Of a stretch of 64,000 bases of DNA, positions 18,952 to 29,067 are shown in pieces. The stretch covers positions 2,688,001 through 2,752,000 of the forward strand of contig CP166615.1 in assembly GCA_041937175.2 (NCBI GenBank), in the 5' to 3' direction. The notes under the pieces are model-generated. The model saw only the letters and a program-made list of their open reading frames with translations, did no database searches and had not been told where the DNA came from. Every line of letters starts with the position of its first letter. The first letter of the stretch is position 1. The translations under genes and the position numbers were made by a program. The stretch is from Limnothrix sp. BL-A-16 (GTDB lineage Bacteria; Cyanobacteriota; Cyanobacteriia; CACIAM-69d).

Positions 18952-19092
18952 CATGTTCAAGACCCAGTATTTAGGTCTTAGCACAGGATGACTTCCCAAG
19001 AGCTGGTGTATCATCCAGCAATTTTTCGGGGCGGTAACCGTTAGGATTAGCAGTGGTTTTCTCCTTGATGCATAGCAGATGCATGGTTGCCT

Positions 19093-19950
19093 ATGTCTTC
19101 GCTCGATCGCCCGTCTGAAATCCTGGAAGCTTTGCAGCGTTTGATCGATGTGGTAGCCCAGTTGCGCGATCCGGTGCGGGGCTGTCCTTGGGATTTGGCA
19201 CAAACGCCCGAAAGCCTCGTGCCTTATATCTTGGAAGAAGCTTACGAAACCGTGGCGGCAATTCGCAGTGGCGATCGCGCAGAAACGGCGGCGGAATTGG
19301 GCGATTTATTGCTTCAGGTGGTGTTGCAATCGCAACTGGCCAGCGAGGCGGGGGATTTTGATTTGGGACAGGTGGCCAACGGCATTGCTGATAAGTTGGT
19401 GCGTCGCCATCCCCACGTATTCGGCGAGGCCGAGGCCACCGATGCGGCGGCGGTGCATCGACAGTGGGAACAGATCAAGGCGGCAGAAAAGGGCGAGCCG
19501 ATCGACCAACCACCGCCCCTCAGCGCCAAGCTCGATCGCTATGTCAACCGCTTGCCGCCCTTGATGGCAGCCCTGAAGATGTCGGAAAAGGCAGCGGCAG
19601 CGGGCTTCGAGTGGGACAGCCTGGATGGGGTTTGGGAGAAGTTTCACGAGGAGTTGGCGGAACTGCAAGGGGCGATCGCCCAAGGCGACCCGGAACACCA
19701 GGCTTCGGAGTTGGGCGATTTGCTCTTCACGGTGGTGCAATTGGCCCGCTGGCAGGGCATTGATCCTTCAGCGGCGCTCCATGGAACCAATCAGCGGTTT
19801 GTGCAGCGGTTGCAAATGATGGAGGCCCTGAGCGATCGCCCCTTGGAACAGTACAGCCTTGAAACCCTGGAAGCCCTTTGGCAGAAGGCGAAGGCTCAAT
19901 TGGGCCAAGGATCCGGTCAAGGGTCAAGTGCTCAACATCAGAACTTGTAA
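19093..19950 (+). CDS. mazG: Nucleoside triphosphate pyrophosphohydrolase MazG
   Basis: LRDPVRGCPWDLAQT, EEAYE, ELGDLLLQV, RRHPHVF and a second MazG domain (ELGDLLF). Confidence 0.96.
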   Translation: MSSLDRPSEILEALQRLIDVVAQLRDPVRGCPWDLAQTPESLVPYILEEAYETVAAIRSGDRAETAAELGDLLLQVVLQSQLASEAGDFDLGQVANGIADKLVRRHPHVFGEAEATDAAAVHRQWEQIKAAEKGEPIDQPPPLSAKLDRYVNRLPPLMAALKMSEKAAAAGFEWDSLDGVWEKFHEELAELQGAIAQGDPEHQASELGDLLFTVVQLARWQGIDPSAALHGTNQRFVQRLQMMEALSDRPLEQYSLETLEALWQKAKAQLGQGSGQGSSAQHQNL

Positions 19951-20202
19951 TTTCCCGATTGAGTTCAAAAACTGCCCATTGGGGCCACTGCCATTCAAAA
20001 AATCTGGAGCCAAAAAATCTAAAGCCAATCTGAAGTTATGGCCGGGATCAACGGAAGCGTCATGATCAGGGCGGGCGATTCCTGAAACCCGTGGCAGCAT
20101 GAGGATGTGGCCCCGATCGCGCGAAGGCGAGGCCACCCTCGCGGCCCCAAACGGGCCTCGGGGAGCTGTTTCGCCAGTGTGAGTTTCGCACTGCTCTCGG
20201 CC

Positions 20203-20460
20203 ATGTCCTACCATGTTTCCCTCCTCGGCCCCGTCAGCGGCCAAATTCAGCACTGTTCCGACTTGGATGGTTGGGTTCCTGAACCCGGCGATCGGTGGCA
20301 AAGTTTCCGTTGGGATCGGCGAACCCTCCGTCAACTGAGTGATCCGAACCTTGGCCGACAACAGTGGATTCAGTGGCTGGGCCACGCGGAGGCGGCCACG
20401 GCAGAAGCGGTGAAAAGCTTGATGGTGTTGGAAGGCTGGGATCGCTGCCAACACCCCTAG
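20203..20460 (+). CDS. Small hypothetical protein (85 aa)
   Basis: ATG-initiated ORF filling the gap between mazG and gshB; Trp-rich; no recognised motif. Confidence 0.5.
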   Translation: MSYHVSLLGPVSGQIQHCSDLDGWVPEPGDRWQSFRWDRRTLRQLSDPNLGRQQWIQWLGHAEAATAEAVKSLMVLEGWDRCQHP

Positions 20461-20488
20461 TCCTTCGGGGGGTTGGGCCGATGAAGCC

Positions 20489-21460
20489 TTACTGAGCTGG
20501 GGAATTTTTGGCCAACCAATCCAAGACCCGATCGCCCAAACGCACCCCATCGAGCCGATCGATCTCGCGCATTCCCGTGGGGCTGGTGACGTTCACTTCG
20601 GTTAAGTAGCCGCCGATCACATCAATGCCCACAAAGATCAACCCGTCGCGCTGGAGAGTGGGGGCCAAGGCGGCCGCAATTTCCCGATCGCGATCGGTCA
20701 CGGCTGCCCGCACGGCCGCCCCGCCCACGGCCATGTTGCCGCGAAACTCACTGCCGGTGGGAACCCGATTCACCGCCCCGATCGGCTCGCCATTCAACAA
20801 AATCACCCGCTTATCGCCGGCCTTGGCTTCCGGCAAAAACTGTTGCACCATCACCGGCACTTGACCCCGCAGGGTGCTGATTTCCACTAGCGAATTGAAG
20901 TTGCGATCGCCCGGCTCCAGGAACAAAATGCCCTCGCCCGCTTTGCCGCCCAAGGGTTTCAACACCGCCGCGCCCCGCCGCTCCACAAACGCCCGAATGA
21001 TTTCCCGATCGCTGGTGACGATCGTTTCGGGAATCACTGAAGTGAATTGCAGGGCGTACATTTTCTCATTGGCAGCCCGAATCCCGCTGGGACGGTTGAT
21101 GACCAGGGTTTTAGCCGGATTGACATAATCCAGCAAATAGGTGGCGTAAAGATAGGGCACGGTTACGGGCGGATCGGTGCGCATAAAAACCGCATCCATG
21201 GCCTCCAGAGGCTGCCACAGCGCTTCGCCCAAGCTGAACCAGTCTTCAACGGCTAACCAGCGTCCTTCGCCCAGGGTCACGGGGGCCAAGGTGACCGGCA
21301 ACAACTTGGCCCAGGCTTGGGAATCCCGCACACTCAGATCCGTGGCTTGGGTGATGAAAACCTGGTGGCCCGCCAGTTGGGCCGTTTCCATCAGGGCAAC
21401 ACTGGTGTCGTGGGTCGGATCCAGTCGTTCGATCGGGTCAATGATAAAAGCCAGTTTCAC
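20489..21460 (-). CDS. gshB: Glutathione synthetase
   Basis: FIIDPIE, MRTDPP, ANEKMY, EFRGNMAVGG and GIDVIGGYLTEVNVTSPTG. Confidence 0.97.
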   Translation of the reverse strand: MKLAFIIDPIERLDPTHDTSVALMETAQLAGHQVFITQATDLSVRDSQAWAKLLPVTLAPVTLGEGRWLAVEDWFSLGEALWQPLEAMDAVFMRTDPPVTVPYLYATYLLDYVNPAKTLVINRPSGIRAANEKMYALQFTSVIPETIVTSDREIIRAFVERRGAAVLKPLGGKAGEGILFLEPGDRNFNSLVEISTLRGQVPVMVQQFLPEAKAGDKRVILLNGEPIGAVNRVPTGSEFRGNMAVGGAAVRAAVTDRDREIAAALAPTLQRDGLIFVGIDVIGGYLTEVNVTSPTGMREIDRLDGVRLGDRVLDWLAKNSPAQ

Positions 21461-21557
21461 GAGGTGCTCCCGAATGTTGATTGAAGAATGGCGCTCATGA
21501 ATCTTGGTTCAAGCGCAGTTATGAGTCCAGCGCGTTCGATCGCCGTTTCCAAACCAC

Positions 21558-24500
21558 CTAGCGGGCCCCTAGCTCGCCCCGTTGCCAAGCGGCAAACAGT
21601 TGCTCAAAGGCTAGCCCCATCAGTGTTGAGTAGCGGCGACTGTCAAAGAAAACCGGGTTGGCCGCCATAGCCCGCTGGATGCGATCGCTCAAGGATTGCC
21701 GCCAGTCACGGTTTTTAGCCAACCGCACCGCCAATTGCAGATAGTCCGCCTCATCGGCCGCAATCAGCTCCGGAATGCGCAGCGATTGCAACAGGGCCGA
21801 GGCCATCCGCGATCGGAACGAAACCCCTTCCACCACCACGGGCGGCATTCCCACCAGCAACGGATCGATCGTGGAGTTCACCCCGGCAAAGGGGAACGAA
21901 TCCAAATAAACATCCCCCAACTTCAGACATTCGCGAATGTCAGCAATGGTGGGCAAGGGATTCAAAATCACCAGGCGCTGCGGATCCACACCCACGGCGG
22001 CCAAGTCCGATCGAAACCGATCGATGAACGGTTGCGCGGGATAATTTTGCCCCCAATTGGGATTGAACGGATAGAGCACCAACACCGAATCCGCCACCTG
22101 TGCCAGCAGTTTCACCCAGACCGATCGCAACTCCGGCACAATTTTGTTGAAATTGGCCCCGGACATATAAACCGTGGTTTGATCCGTGGCTCCCCAAGAA
22201 GCCCGCGAGGGTTGAATCGTCGCCGTTTGGGGCAACACGTCATAGTTAAAGGCATGGGCCGGCCCTTCAAGGGCCAACAGCTTTTCCGTGTAGCGCGCTT
22301 GGGCATCGGTCGTCTCCGTCAGCGACCCGGAAATATAGGCATCTACATGGGTCATCCCCGTGGTGACCGGTGCTGAGGTGGACATCACCTGCACTCGGGC
22401 CAGGCGCTGCACCGCCAACACCGTAATCGGATTGGTCACCATGGTGACATTCGTGCCAATCAACAGCAGATCCAGGTCATCGGCCCGCATCCGGGCCGCC
22501 TGTTGGGCCAAGCTCCCTTGCAAATGCACGAACTGATCGGCACGGCTGGCGCAATATTGCTCCAGGGGATGGCCGGTGGCAAAGACGCTATAGAGAATGA
22601 TCTCAAAGCGCGATCGATCTAAATATTCAAAGGCCGGCAGGGTGGTGAAGGTTTCCGTTTGGGGCGTGAAGTGATCCTTCAAAATCCCTACCCGCAGCTT
22701 TTGCCGCTGGGGATCCCTGGGCCCAAACCGATAATCGACCATTTCGCCCTGATCCTTCAGGGTTTTCGCAATCAGGAACGCTCGCTTGCGATAGATATCC
22801 GTTGGGCTGTCGGCAGTGAAATACAAAGGCGTAAAAGTGCCGCGATAGGCCAGCCAGCGGGCCAGTTTTTGGGAAACCTCATCTTCAGGACGCGTTTCGT
22901 TGGTGCGATAGACCTGGTTAGTCCAGCGGGTGATGTGCTGGGCAAAGCGATCGGCATCGCCCACCTCTTGAAAATAGAGGGGGGCTTCCTGCATGTAGAG
23001 GGCATAGGCCTCTAGGAACCATTGGGGCAAGTAGATCGCGCCATATTCCAAGGGCAATTGATAGGCCCGGCAATACATCATCAGGATGATGAAGTTGCGA
23101 AGCTGGCTCAGGGTTTTGATGCCGCCCTGGAGGCTGCTGATCAGGGGTTCAATGAACGATCGCTCGTCCGCGGTCCAGGGTTCATAGCGCAAGTCCGTTT
23201 CCACCAGGGCCTTGCTCGCTTGACCCAATCGGGCCAGGTAGGCCTCATCGAGGCGATCGAACGGAATTCGCAACCATTGTTCCGCCAATTGGCGACGGGC
23301 ATTTCGCAAGCGTTTGATCGCCTTGGGATCGGTGGAACGCTGGCGATAGGCGGCCACGGCCTGTTTCACCTCATTCACCAGGGGCACAAACAGCACCACC
23401 ATGGAAGCCAGAGGGGTAATCTCCCGCACTAGGGCTTGGGTCTCCTCGGTTGTGGCAGTGGTGGTAGTTGTGGCCAAGGGGGCGATCGGGGTCGGATCCG
23501 CCGGAGCGGTTGAGTCCGGGGCCTCGGGATCCATTTGCACCAGGCAGTTAATGACGGCCGAGCGGATCTCGATCGAGTCTTCACAACGGAGCGCTTCCCG
23601 CAGTTGGGTGATCGCCGTTTCCCAATCGGCCCGCTTCAGGCTGTCTTGGGCCACCCCGATCGCGTATTGGGCATAGTACTGGAGGGCACGGCGAGCCAAG
23701 CGATCGCGCCGATCGGCGGGGAGATAGGCTCGGGCCAAGTCAATGGCGCGGCGGGTGTCGGCAATGTTGGCCCCGGTGCGGGTGAGTTTGGAGGTGGTGG
23801 AGCCGTCATGCCGCCGAAACACCGCCAAGGGTTCTGGCTCAAACCACAGGCCCCAACGACTGGCTAGGCGCTGCCACATTTCCCAATCGGCCGCCGAGGC
23901 CGCCGCCGGGTCAAAGCCTCCCAATTCCTCATAGGCCGCACGACGCACCACGATCGCGGAAAATTGCACCCGTTGGCACTGGGCAATCCGATCGACCCAA
24001 TCACTCACCGGCCCAGCCGTTTCCCGTTCCAGTTCAGAAGTCCAAATAATCCGCCCTTGCTGATCGATATGGTGATGCCGACAGAGCACCATCCCCACCC
24101 GATCGCCCACCTGCTCGATCGCCCGGGTCATCCGCTCCACAAATCCCGGCAGCAATCCATCATCCTGGTGCAACAGCAGCACCCATTGGCCAGACGATCG
24201 GCTTAAACAATCCTGCCAATTGCCCAGCAGTCCTCGATTGTTCGGCTGACGAGTGTACAGCACCCGATCGCCTGCCATCCGCTGCACGATCGCCCGCACA
24301 TCCACCCGATCGGACGCATCATCCAGCACCTCGATCTGCATTCGATCGGCCGGCAGCGCCTGATCCAACACACTTTGCAGCGCGAGGGCAAATTGCTGCG
24401 GATCGGGGTTATAAACCGGCAGCATCACCGACCACAGGGGCCGCTCCGTTCCCGCTGATACCGGAGCCAGATGTGGCCGCTCGGATTTCAGCAGCCGATC

Positions 24501-27161
24501 CATATGTGTGGTCATCGCCCGAGCAATCTGTTGCGATCGGGAATGGAGCTGATCAAACCAGGGAGCCGCCACCAGCTTGTGATAAAACCGGCGAGCATCG
24601 GTTTCCAGCTCCTTTTCCGCCGAATTTAGCTGGGTCACCTGCTGGGCATGGATCCGCCGACTGGACAGGGGGCGGGAAATAAAGCCCACCTTATACTTGG
24701 CCAACAGTCGCAACCAAAGATCCAAATCCACCAATTGCTTCAGGGCCGGATCAAAACCACCCACGGCCAACAGGGCATCGGTACGCACCAAAACCGCGCT
24801 TGGTTCGCCAATTTTGTTAATTTGCCCCACCTTTTCCACGGGATCTACCGGATCCTGAAACAGCTTTTTTAGCTTGTCCAGCTTGGTTGGATCCGTGGGG
24901 GCCAGCAGCAGGCGCGGATCTCGCAATAGCTCCACCCCCGGTTGCACCGCCTGCAAGTGCGACCAACCATGGTGCAAGTTCTCACTGCCGGCCGCCAACC
25001 GTTGGGACGCGGGATCCTGGGCCGCCGATGGATCCAGCAACAAACGCCGGGGGGCAAACACCAGGGCAATTTCCGGGTCGCTTTCCGCCAGGGCCACCAT
25101 GGCCTTCAGACAGTCGCGATCGAGCAAATCATCCTGGTGCAAAAACTTCAGATATTTGCCCCGTGCAAACTCCGCACAGTGGTTCCAGTTGGCCACCATG
25201 CCCGCCCGCGGCCCCGCCACCAGTTGAATGCGTTGGGGATCCTGGGCCGCTGCGGTTTGCAGTTGCTCGATCGTCCCGTCGGTGGAACCATCGTCACTGA
25301 CAAACACTTCCAGGTGGGGATAGCTCTGCTGGAGCGCACTGGCCAGGGCTTCATCAATGTAGCGCCGTCCGTTATAGGTGGGAATGGCGATCGTGACGAG
25401 GGGCTGTTGGCTATGGATGGTTTGGGCCTGCAACCGTTCGTAGTCCCGGCGAAATCCCGGGCGATCGAGCAGACCGGCCAGGGCGGGACTATAGCAAAGG
25501 TCATAGCGCAACTGGAGATCCCACTTGGTTTCCAGAACCCGCAATGCTTCCTGGCGCTGGGTTTCCGGATCCGTGAGCTGATGTTGCCAAGCGAGGGGAT
25601 GGTGCTGGCGCAGGCGCGATTCGGGCACAAAGATATGGCGATAACCGGCCGATCGCAACTTCAAACAGAAATCTAAATCCGCCGCAAAAATGCCCAACCG
25701 TGGATCCACACCGCCCACCCGCGCCCAGGTCGATCGGCGGCAACACATCCCCGTCCAGCGAACGGCCGAAACGTTATTGGCCAGGTCTATGTGGGCCAAG
25801 TTGGCGTAGTTAGACACCTTGGTGTCCAAACCCTGATAAAGACAAAGCCCCTCGGGATTGAGGCCCAAGGTCAGGCCCGCCTGTTCAATGTGCTGCTCTG
25901 GATCCAACACCATGGGGCCAGCCACGCCAATGCGCGATCGCTGAACCTGTTCCACCAGCCGGGTTAACCAGGCGGTTCCCATCGGCTCCATGCTGTCTTC
26001 TAAAAACACCAGATAATCACCCCGGGCCTGTTGCGCCGCGTGATTGGCAGCAGCGGCCCAGTTGAAATCCTCACCGGGCAAGACCCGCAGCCGATCGGTG
26101 CCTAACTGGGTTTGCCACCGTTGCAGCACCTGCAAGAGGCCCGGCTCCGGTTGGGTGGTTCCCAACACCGCCAGCAACTCATAGGGGCCATAGTCCGTGT
26201 GGCGAACAATTCCGTTCAGGCAGCGATCGAGATCGGCGGGGCCATTACCCACAAAGATCAAAATGGAAACCAATTTGCGCTCAGCAATTTGGTAGCGCAT
26301 TCGATAGTGGCCTGGCCGTTTGGCGATGGTTTCCACTTGCCCCGGTTCCCCGCGCCGCTCGATCGCCTCCCGCAAAGCCTTTTGCGCCGCCTCGTAGGCA
26401 TAGGGCTTGGCTTCGGTGGAACCCGCCGCCGACCCGGAGTGAATCCGCCAGTGATAGAGCACTCGGGGAACGTGATAGACCCGATCGGTCTGCTCCGTAA
26501 ATCGCAGGGCCAAGTCATAGTCTTGGCTGCCCTCAAACCCCGCCCGAAACCCACTCACCTGGGTCAGGATCGATCGCCGGTAAACGGTCAAGTGGCAGAT
26601 ATACATCCGCGTCAAAAACGAGTCGGGACACCAGGCCGGCTTACAGGTGGGTTCCGACAAAATCCCCTTTTCGTCGATTTTGTCCTCGTCGGTGTAGATC
26701 ATGTCCGCATCGGGATGCAGTTGCAGCAGCGAGACCACCTCAAATAGGGCATCCGGCGTGAGCAAATCGTCATGATCCAGCAGAGCAACATATTCACCCG
26801 TCGCGATCTCTAGAGCAGAGTTGGAAGCGCGGGAAATATGACCGTTTTCGGGGCGGAAGGCGACTTTAATTCGCGGATCGCGCCGTTGATATTGCTCAAG
26901 CAGCGGCCGCATGTGGGGGGCGGTGGAACAGTCGTCCGCGATGCACAATTCCCAGTCTGGATAGACCTGAGCCAGCACTGACTCGATCGCCTCAATCAGC
27001 AGTTGCTCCGGTGTGTTGTAGGTGGGCATCACAATGCTGATGGTCGGCCGGTAGCGGAATCCTTGCCGCACCGTGGTGGCCATGCGATCGAGGTCGGCAG
27101 CGTTGGGCCGGTTCGCGATCGACCATTGGTGGTAGGTGCGCGGCGGGGAATTGTCGGCCAT
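21558..27161 (-). CDS. 1867-aa multidomain glycosyltransferase: four GT2-type domains (second degenerate), a helical domain and a C-terminal GT41 (SPINDLY/HMW1C-like) domain
   Basis: GT2 starts ISIVMPTYN..ADDCS, VTIAIPTYN..SDDGSTD and WSVMLPVYN..LDDAS with LDHDD/LHQDD motifs. C-terminus has RLARVQV..PVTTG, FNKI and DVYLDSFPFAGVNSTIDPL..G.P.V, RSRMASALL. Confidence 0.9.
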   Translation of the reverse strand: MADNSPPRTYHQWSIANRPNAADLDRMATTVRQGFRYRPTISIVMPTYNTPEQLLIEAIESVLAQVYPDWELCIADDCSTAPHMRPLLEQYQRRDPRIKVAFRPENGHISRASNSALEIATGEYVALLDHDDLLTPDALFEVVSLLQLHPDADMIYTDEDKIDEKGILSEPTCKPAWCPDSFLTRMYICHLTVYRRSILTQVSGFRAGFEGSQDYDLALRFTEQTDRVYHVPRVLYHWRIHSGSAAGSTEAKPYAYEAAQKALREAIERRGEPGQVETIAKRPGHYRMRYQIAERKLVSILIFVGNGPADLDRCLNGIVRHTDYGPYELLAVLGTTQPEPGLLQVLQRWQTQLGTDRLRVLPGEDFNWAAAANHAAQQARGDYLVFLEDSMEPMGTAWLTRLVEQVQRSRIGVAGPMVLDPEQHIEQAGLTLGLNPEGLCLYQGLDTKVSNYANLAHIDLANNVSAVRWTGMCCRRSTWARVGGVDPRLGIFAADLDFCLKLRSAGYRHIFVPESRLRQHHPLAWQHQLTDPETQRQEALRVLETKWDLQLRYDLCYSPALAGLLDRPGFRRDYERLQAQTIHSQQPLVTIAIPTYNGRRYIDEALASALQQSYPHLEVFVSDDGSTDGTIEQLQTAAAQDPQRIQLVAGPRAGMVANWNHCAEFARGKYLKFLHQDDLLDRDCLKAMVALAESDPEIALVFAPRRLLLDPSAAQDPASQRLAAGSENLHHGWSHLQAVQPGVELLRDPRLLLAPTDPTKLDKLKKLFQDPVDPVEKVGQINKIGEPSAVLVRTDALLAVGGFDPALKQLVDLDLWLRLLAKYKVGFISRPLSSRRIHAQQVTQLNSAEKELETDARRFYHKLVAAPWFDQLHSRSQQIARAMTTHMDRLLKSERPHLAPVSAGTERPLWSVMLPVYNPDPQQFALALQSVLDQALPADRMQIEVLDDASDRVDVRAIVQRMAGDRVLYTRQPNNRGLLGNWQDCLSRSSGQWVLLLHQDDGLLPGFVERMTRAIEQVGDRVGMVLCRHHHIDQQGRIIWTSELERETAGPVSDWVDRIAQCQRVQFSAIVVRRAAYEELGGFDPAAASAADWEMWQRLASRWGLWFEPEPLAVFRRHDGSTTSKLTRTGANIADTRRAIDLARAYLPADRRDRLARRALQYYAQYAIGVAQDSLKRADWETAITQLREALRCEDSIEIRSAVINCLVQMDPEAPDSTAPADPTPIAPLATTTTTATTEETQALVREITPLASMVVLFVPLVNEVKQAVAAYRQRSTDPKAIKRLRNARRQLAEQWLRIPFDRLDEAYLARLGQASKALVETDLRYEPWTADERSFIEPLISSLQGGIKTLSQLRNFIILMMYCRAYQLPLEYGAIYLPQWFLEAYALYMQEAPLYFQEVGDADRFAQHITRWTNQVYRTNETRPEDEVSQKLARWLAYRGTFTPLYFTADSPTDIYRKRAFLIAKTLKDQGEMVDYRFGPRDPQRQKLRVGILKDHFTPQTETFTTLPAFEYLDRSRFEIILYSVFATGHPLEQYCASRADQFVHLQGSLAQQAARMRADDLDLLLIGTNVTMVTNPITVLAVQRLARVQVMSTSAPVTTGMTHVDAYISGSLTETTDAQARYTEKLLALEGPAHAFNYDVLPQTATIQPSRASWGATDQTTVYMSGANFNKIVPELRSVWVKLLAQVADSVLVLYPFNPNWGQNYPAQPFIDRFRSDLAAVGVDPQRLVILNPLPTIADIRECLKLGDVYLDSFPFAGVNSTIDPLLVGMPPVVVEGVSFRSRMASALLQSLRIPELIAADEADYLQLAVRLAKNRDWRQSLSDRIQRAMAANPVFFDSRRYSTLMGLAFEQLFAAWQRGELGAR

Positions 27162-27290
27162 CGGAGTTGCGGGCTGGTTTAGGGTTTTGGGGCGATCGAG
27201 TCGAGAATAACGGTTTTCTGGAGCGGTTCCAAGTTGGTTACGGTTGATCGTGCGGATCAGTACTGATCAGCGTTGATCAGCTTTGATCGC

Positions 27291-29051
27291 TCAGGTCAAC
27301 GCGCCCAAACGATCGAGCAGTTGCACCAAGTCCGCCACCTCTACCCAAATATCTTCGTGATTGGCGACGGCCCGGGATTGTTCGATCGACAGACCCAGCC
27401 CCTCCGGGTCTGCCCCCAGCAAATAGCCGTAATGCAGGTGCATGTAATGGCTAATCACCCAAAACAAACCCGGGACGGATTTGGGCGAAAATAGCTCAAT
27501 CACGCGAGTTTCGGGCGCACAGAACACCAGGTTAATCAACCCAGCGCCGTGGGGCGCAACAATTACCTTAGCCCGCTGAAACAGCGCGATTTGCTCTGCC
27601 AAGGACAGACGACTGAGAACAATGGTTTGAAACCCGAGGGGTTCTAGGATGGCCAACAGGGCTTCCTCGTTGGCCACACGGCGATAGTTGGCATCTTGGC
27701 GGCTGATGTAGAGTCGATCGCCCCCCAGATTCGGGGCCGCTCCCTCGCCCAGCCCAGCAAAGTGATCGCACAAAAACTGACAGCCCCAACGCGGTGGCTT
27801 CCAGTTGCCGTAGCGACAGGCGATCGAGGGAACCACCAGGCGATCGGCTGTGAGATGCGGTTGCCAGGTACTCTCGATCGTTTTGTCAGCGGGAATACCC
27901 AGCCAATCAAGGGTTTCCTGCTGAAAGGGAGTCAGCGATCGGCTAAACACCACAAACCAATCGATTTTCGTCAGCCCCTCGGCACTGCGCCGCAACAACT
28001 CAAATCGCGGCAGAAAATCAATCATCCAGTGAAAATAATTGGTTCCCCCCGCGATCGGCAAAAACGCCACGGTTCCCGGTAGCGCTTTGCAGGGTGGCAA
28101 GGTTTCAGATGCCGCCACCAGGGCCGCGCTGTGGCCCGACAGATCATCCAACAGTCGCCCATCGGGGCCCATCACCACCGTATTGGACCAGTCACTCCAG
28201 GCCCGACCACCGGTAACCCAAGCCAGGTAAGGATTGAGATCATCGGCTCGATTGTCGTGCCAGATGGGATGGTCGTTGGGGCCAATCGTTGGGGGTGGTG
28301 GCAGAATCAGTCCCTTAGCCTGGGTTTCGAGGGTGATTAACTCCAGACGCACCGCCGGATGGGCAGCGGCAATGATTTCGCAAAAGGGCCTGTGAGGTGA
28401 AAAATCGCGCACCACCGTGGCAGGGATGGCGCGATTAAAACAATCCGTGGCTTCTCGAGGGCGATCGATCGCTTGCAAGAGATGACCCAATAACCCGTAA
28501 AGCGGCCACAGGCGAGGTTCTGCCTGTAATGCAGCCAGGGTGTGGGTGAGGATCGATCGCGTACGATCCAGGGCCAACCAGCGATCGGCCAGCCCGCGTA
28601 TGGCCGCCTCATCAATGACCAAGGGATGGCTCAGGTACAGTGCCTTCAATCGCTCGATTACCCACCCATCTTGATCCAGCTCGATCGCCGATCGGATCCA
28701 AGCCAAGTGCAAATCTGGACGGTGGGGCGCAAGGTCGATCGCTCGATCATAGGCAGCAATTGCCGCTTCCCCCTGATTCAGATCGCCGTAGAGCTTTGCC
28801 AACCGCCCCCACAGATCACCATCTTTTGGGTCGAGGGCGATCGCCCGCTCCCAAGCTGCGATTGCTGCCATCGGTTGTTCCCGAGCCACCAGCACCAACC
28901 CTAGCGCCCGATAGCCGTCCGGCCGCTCCGGTTCTGCGGCAATCCACCGCCGACAGGCGGCGATCGCCGTCGTCCAATTTCCCCGTTCAAAGGCTGCTTG
29001 GGCCTGCTGTTCAATGTCGCCTAGGGTCTGTTGACTCACGCCCCCTCCCAA
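27291..29051 (-). CDS. TPR + DUF563 (GT61-like) glycosyltransferase
   Basis: N-terminal TPRs; NYFHWMIDFLPR, LYISRQDANYRRVANE and VAPHGAGLINLVFC. Confidence 0.88.
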   Translation of the reverse strand: MGGGVSQQTLGDIEQQAQAAFERGNWTTAIAACRRWIAAEPERPDGYRALGLVLVAREQPMAAIAAWERAIALDPKDGDLWGRLAKLYGDLNQGEAAIAAYDRAIDLAPHRPDLHLAWIRSAIELDQDGWVIERLKALYLSHPLVIDEAAIRGLADRWLALDRTRSILTHTLAALQAEPRLWPLYGLLGHLLQAIDRPREATDCFNRAIPATVVRDFSPHRPFCEIIAAAHPAVRLELITLETQAKGLILPPPPTIGPNDHPIWHDNRADDLNPYLAWVTGGRAWSDWSNTVVMGPDGRLLDDLSGHSAALVAASETLPPCKALPGTVAFLPIAGGTNYFHWMIDFLPRFELLRRSAEGLTKIDWFVVFSRSLTPFQQETLDWLGIPADKTIESTWQPHLTADRLVVPSIACRYGNWKPPRWGCQFLCDHFAGLGEGAAPNLGGDRLYISRQDANYRRVANEEALLAILEPLGFQTIVLSRLSLAEQIALFQRAKVIVAPHGAGLINLVFCAPETRVIELFSPKSVPGLFWVISHYMHLHYGYLLGADPEGLGLSIEQSRAVANHEDIWVEVADLVQLLDRLGALT

Positions 29052-29067
29052 ATTTTGAGGCAGATCC

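Noticed and set aside
17575..19950. rdgB + mazG as an anti-phage nucleotide-depletion system
   Set aside because: Both are canonical housekeeping forms with host-like composition and are not directly adjacent.
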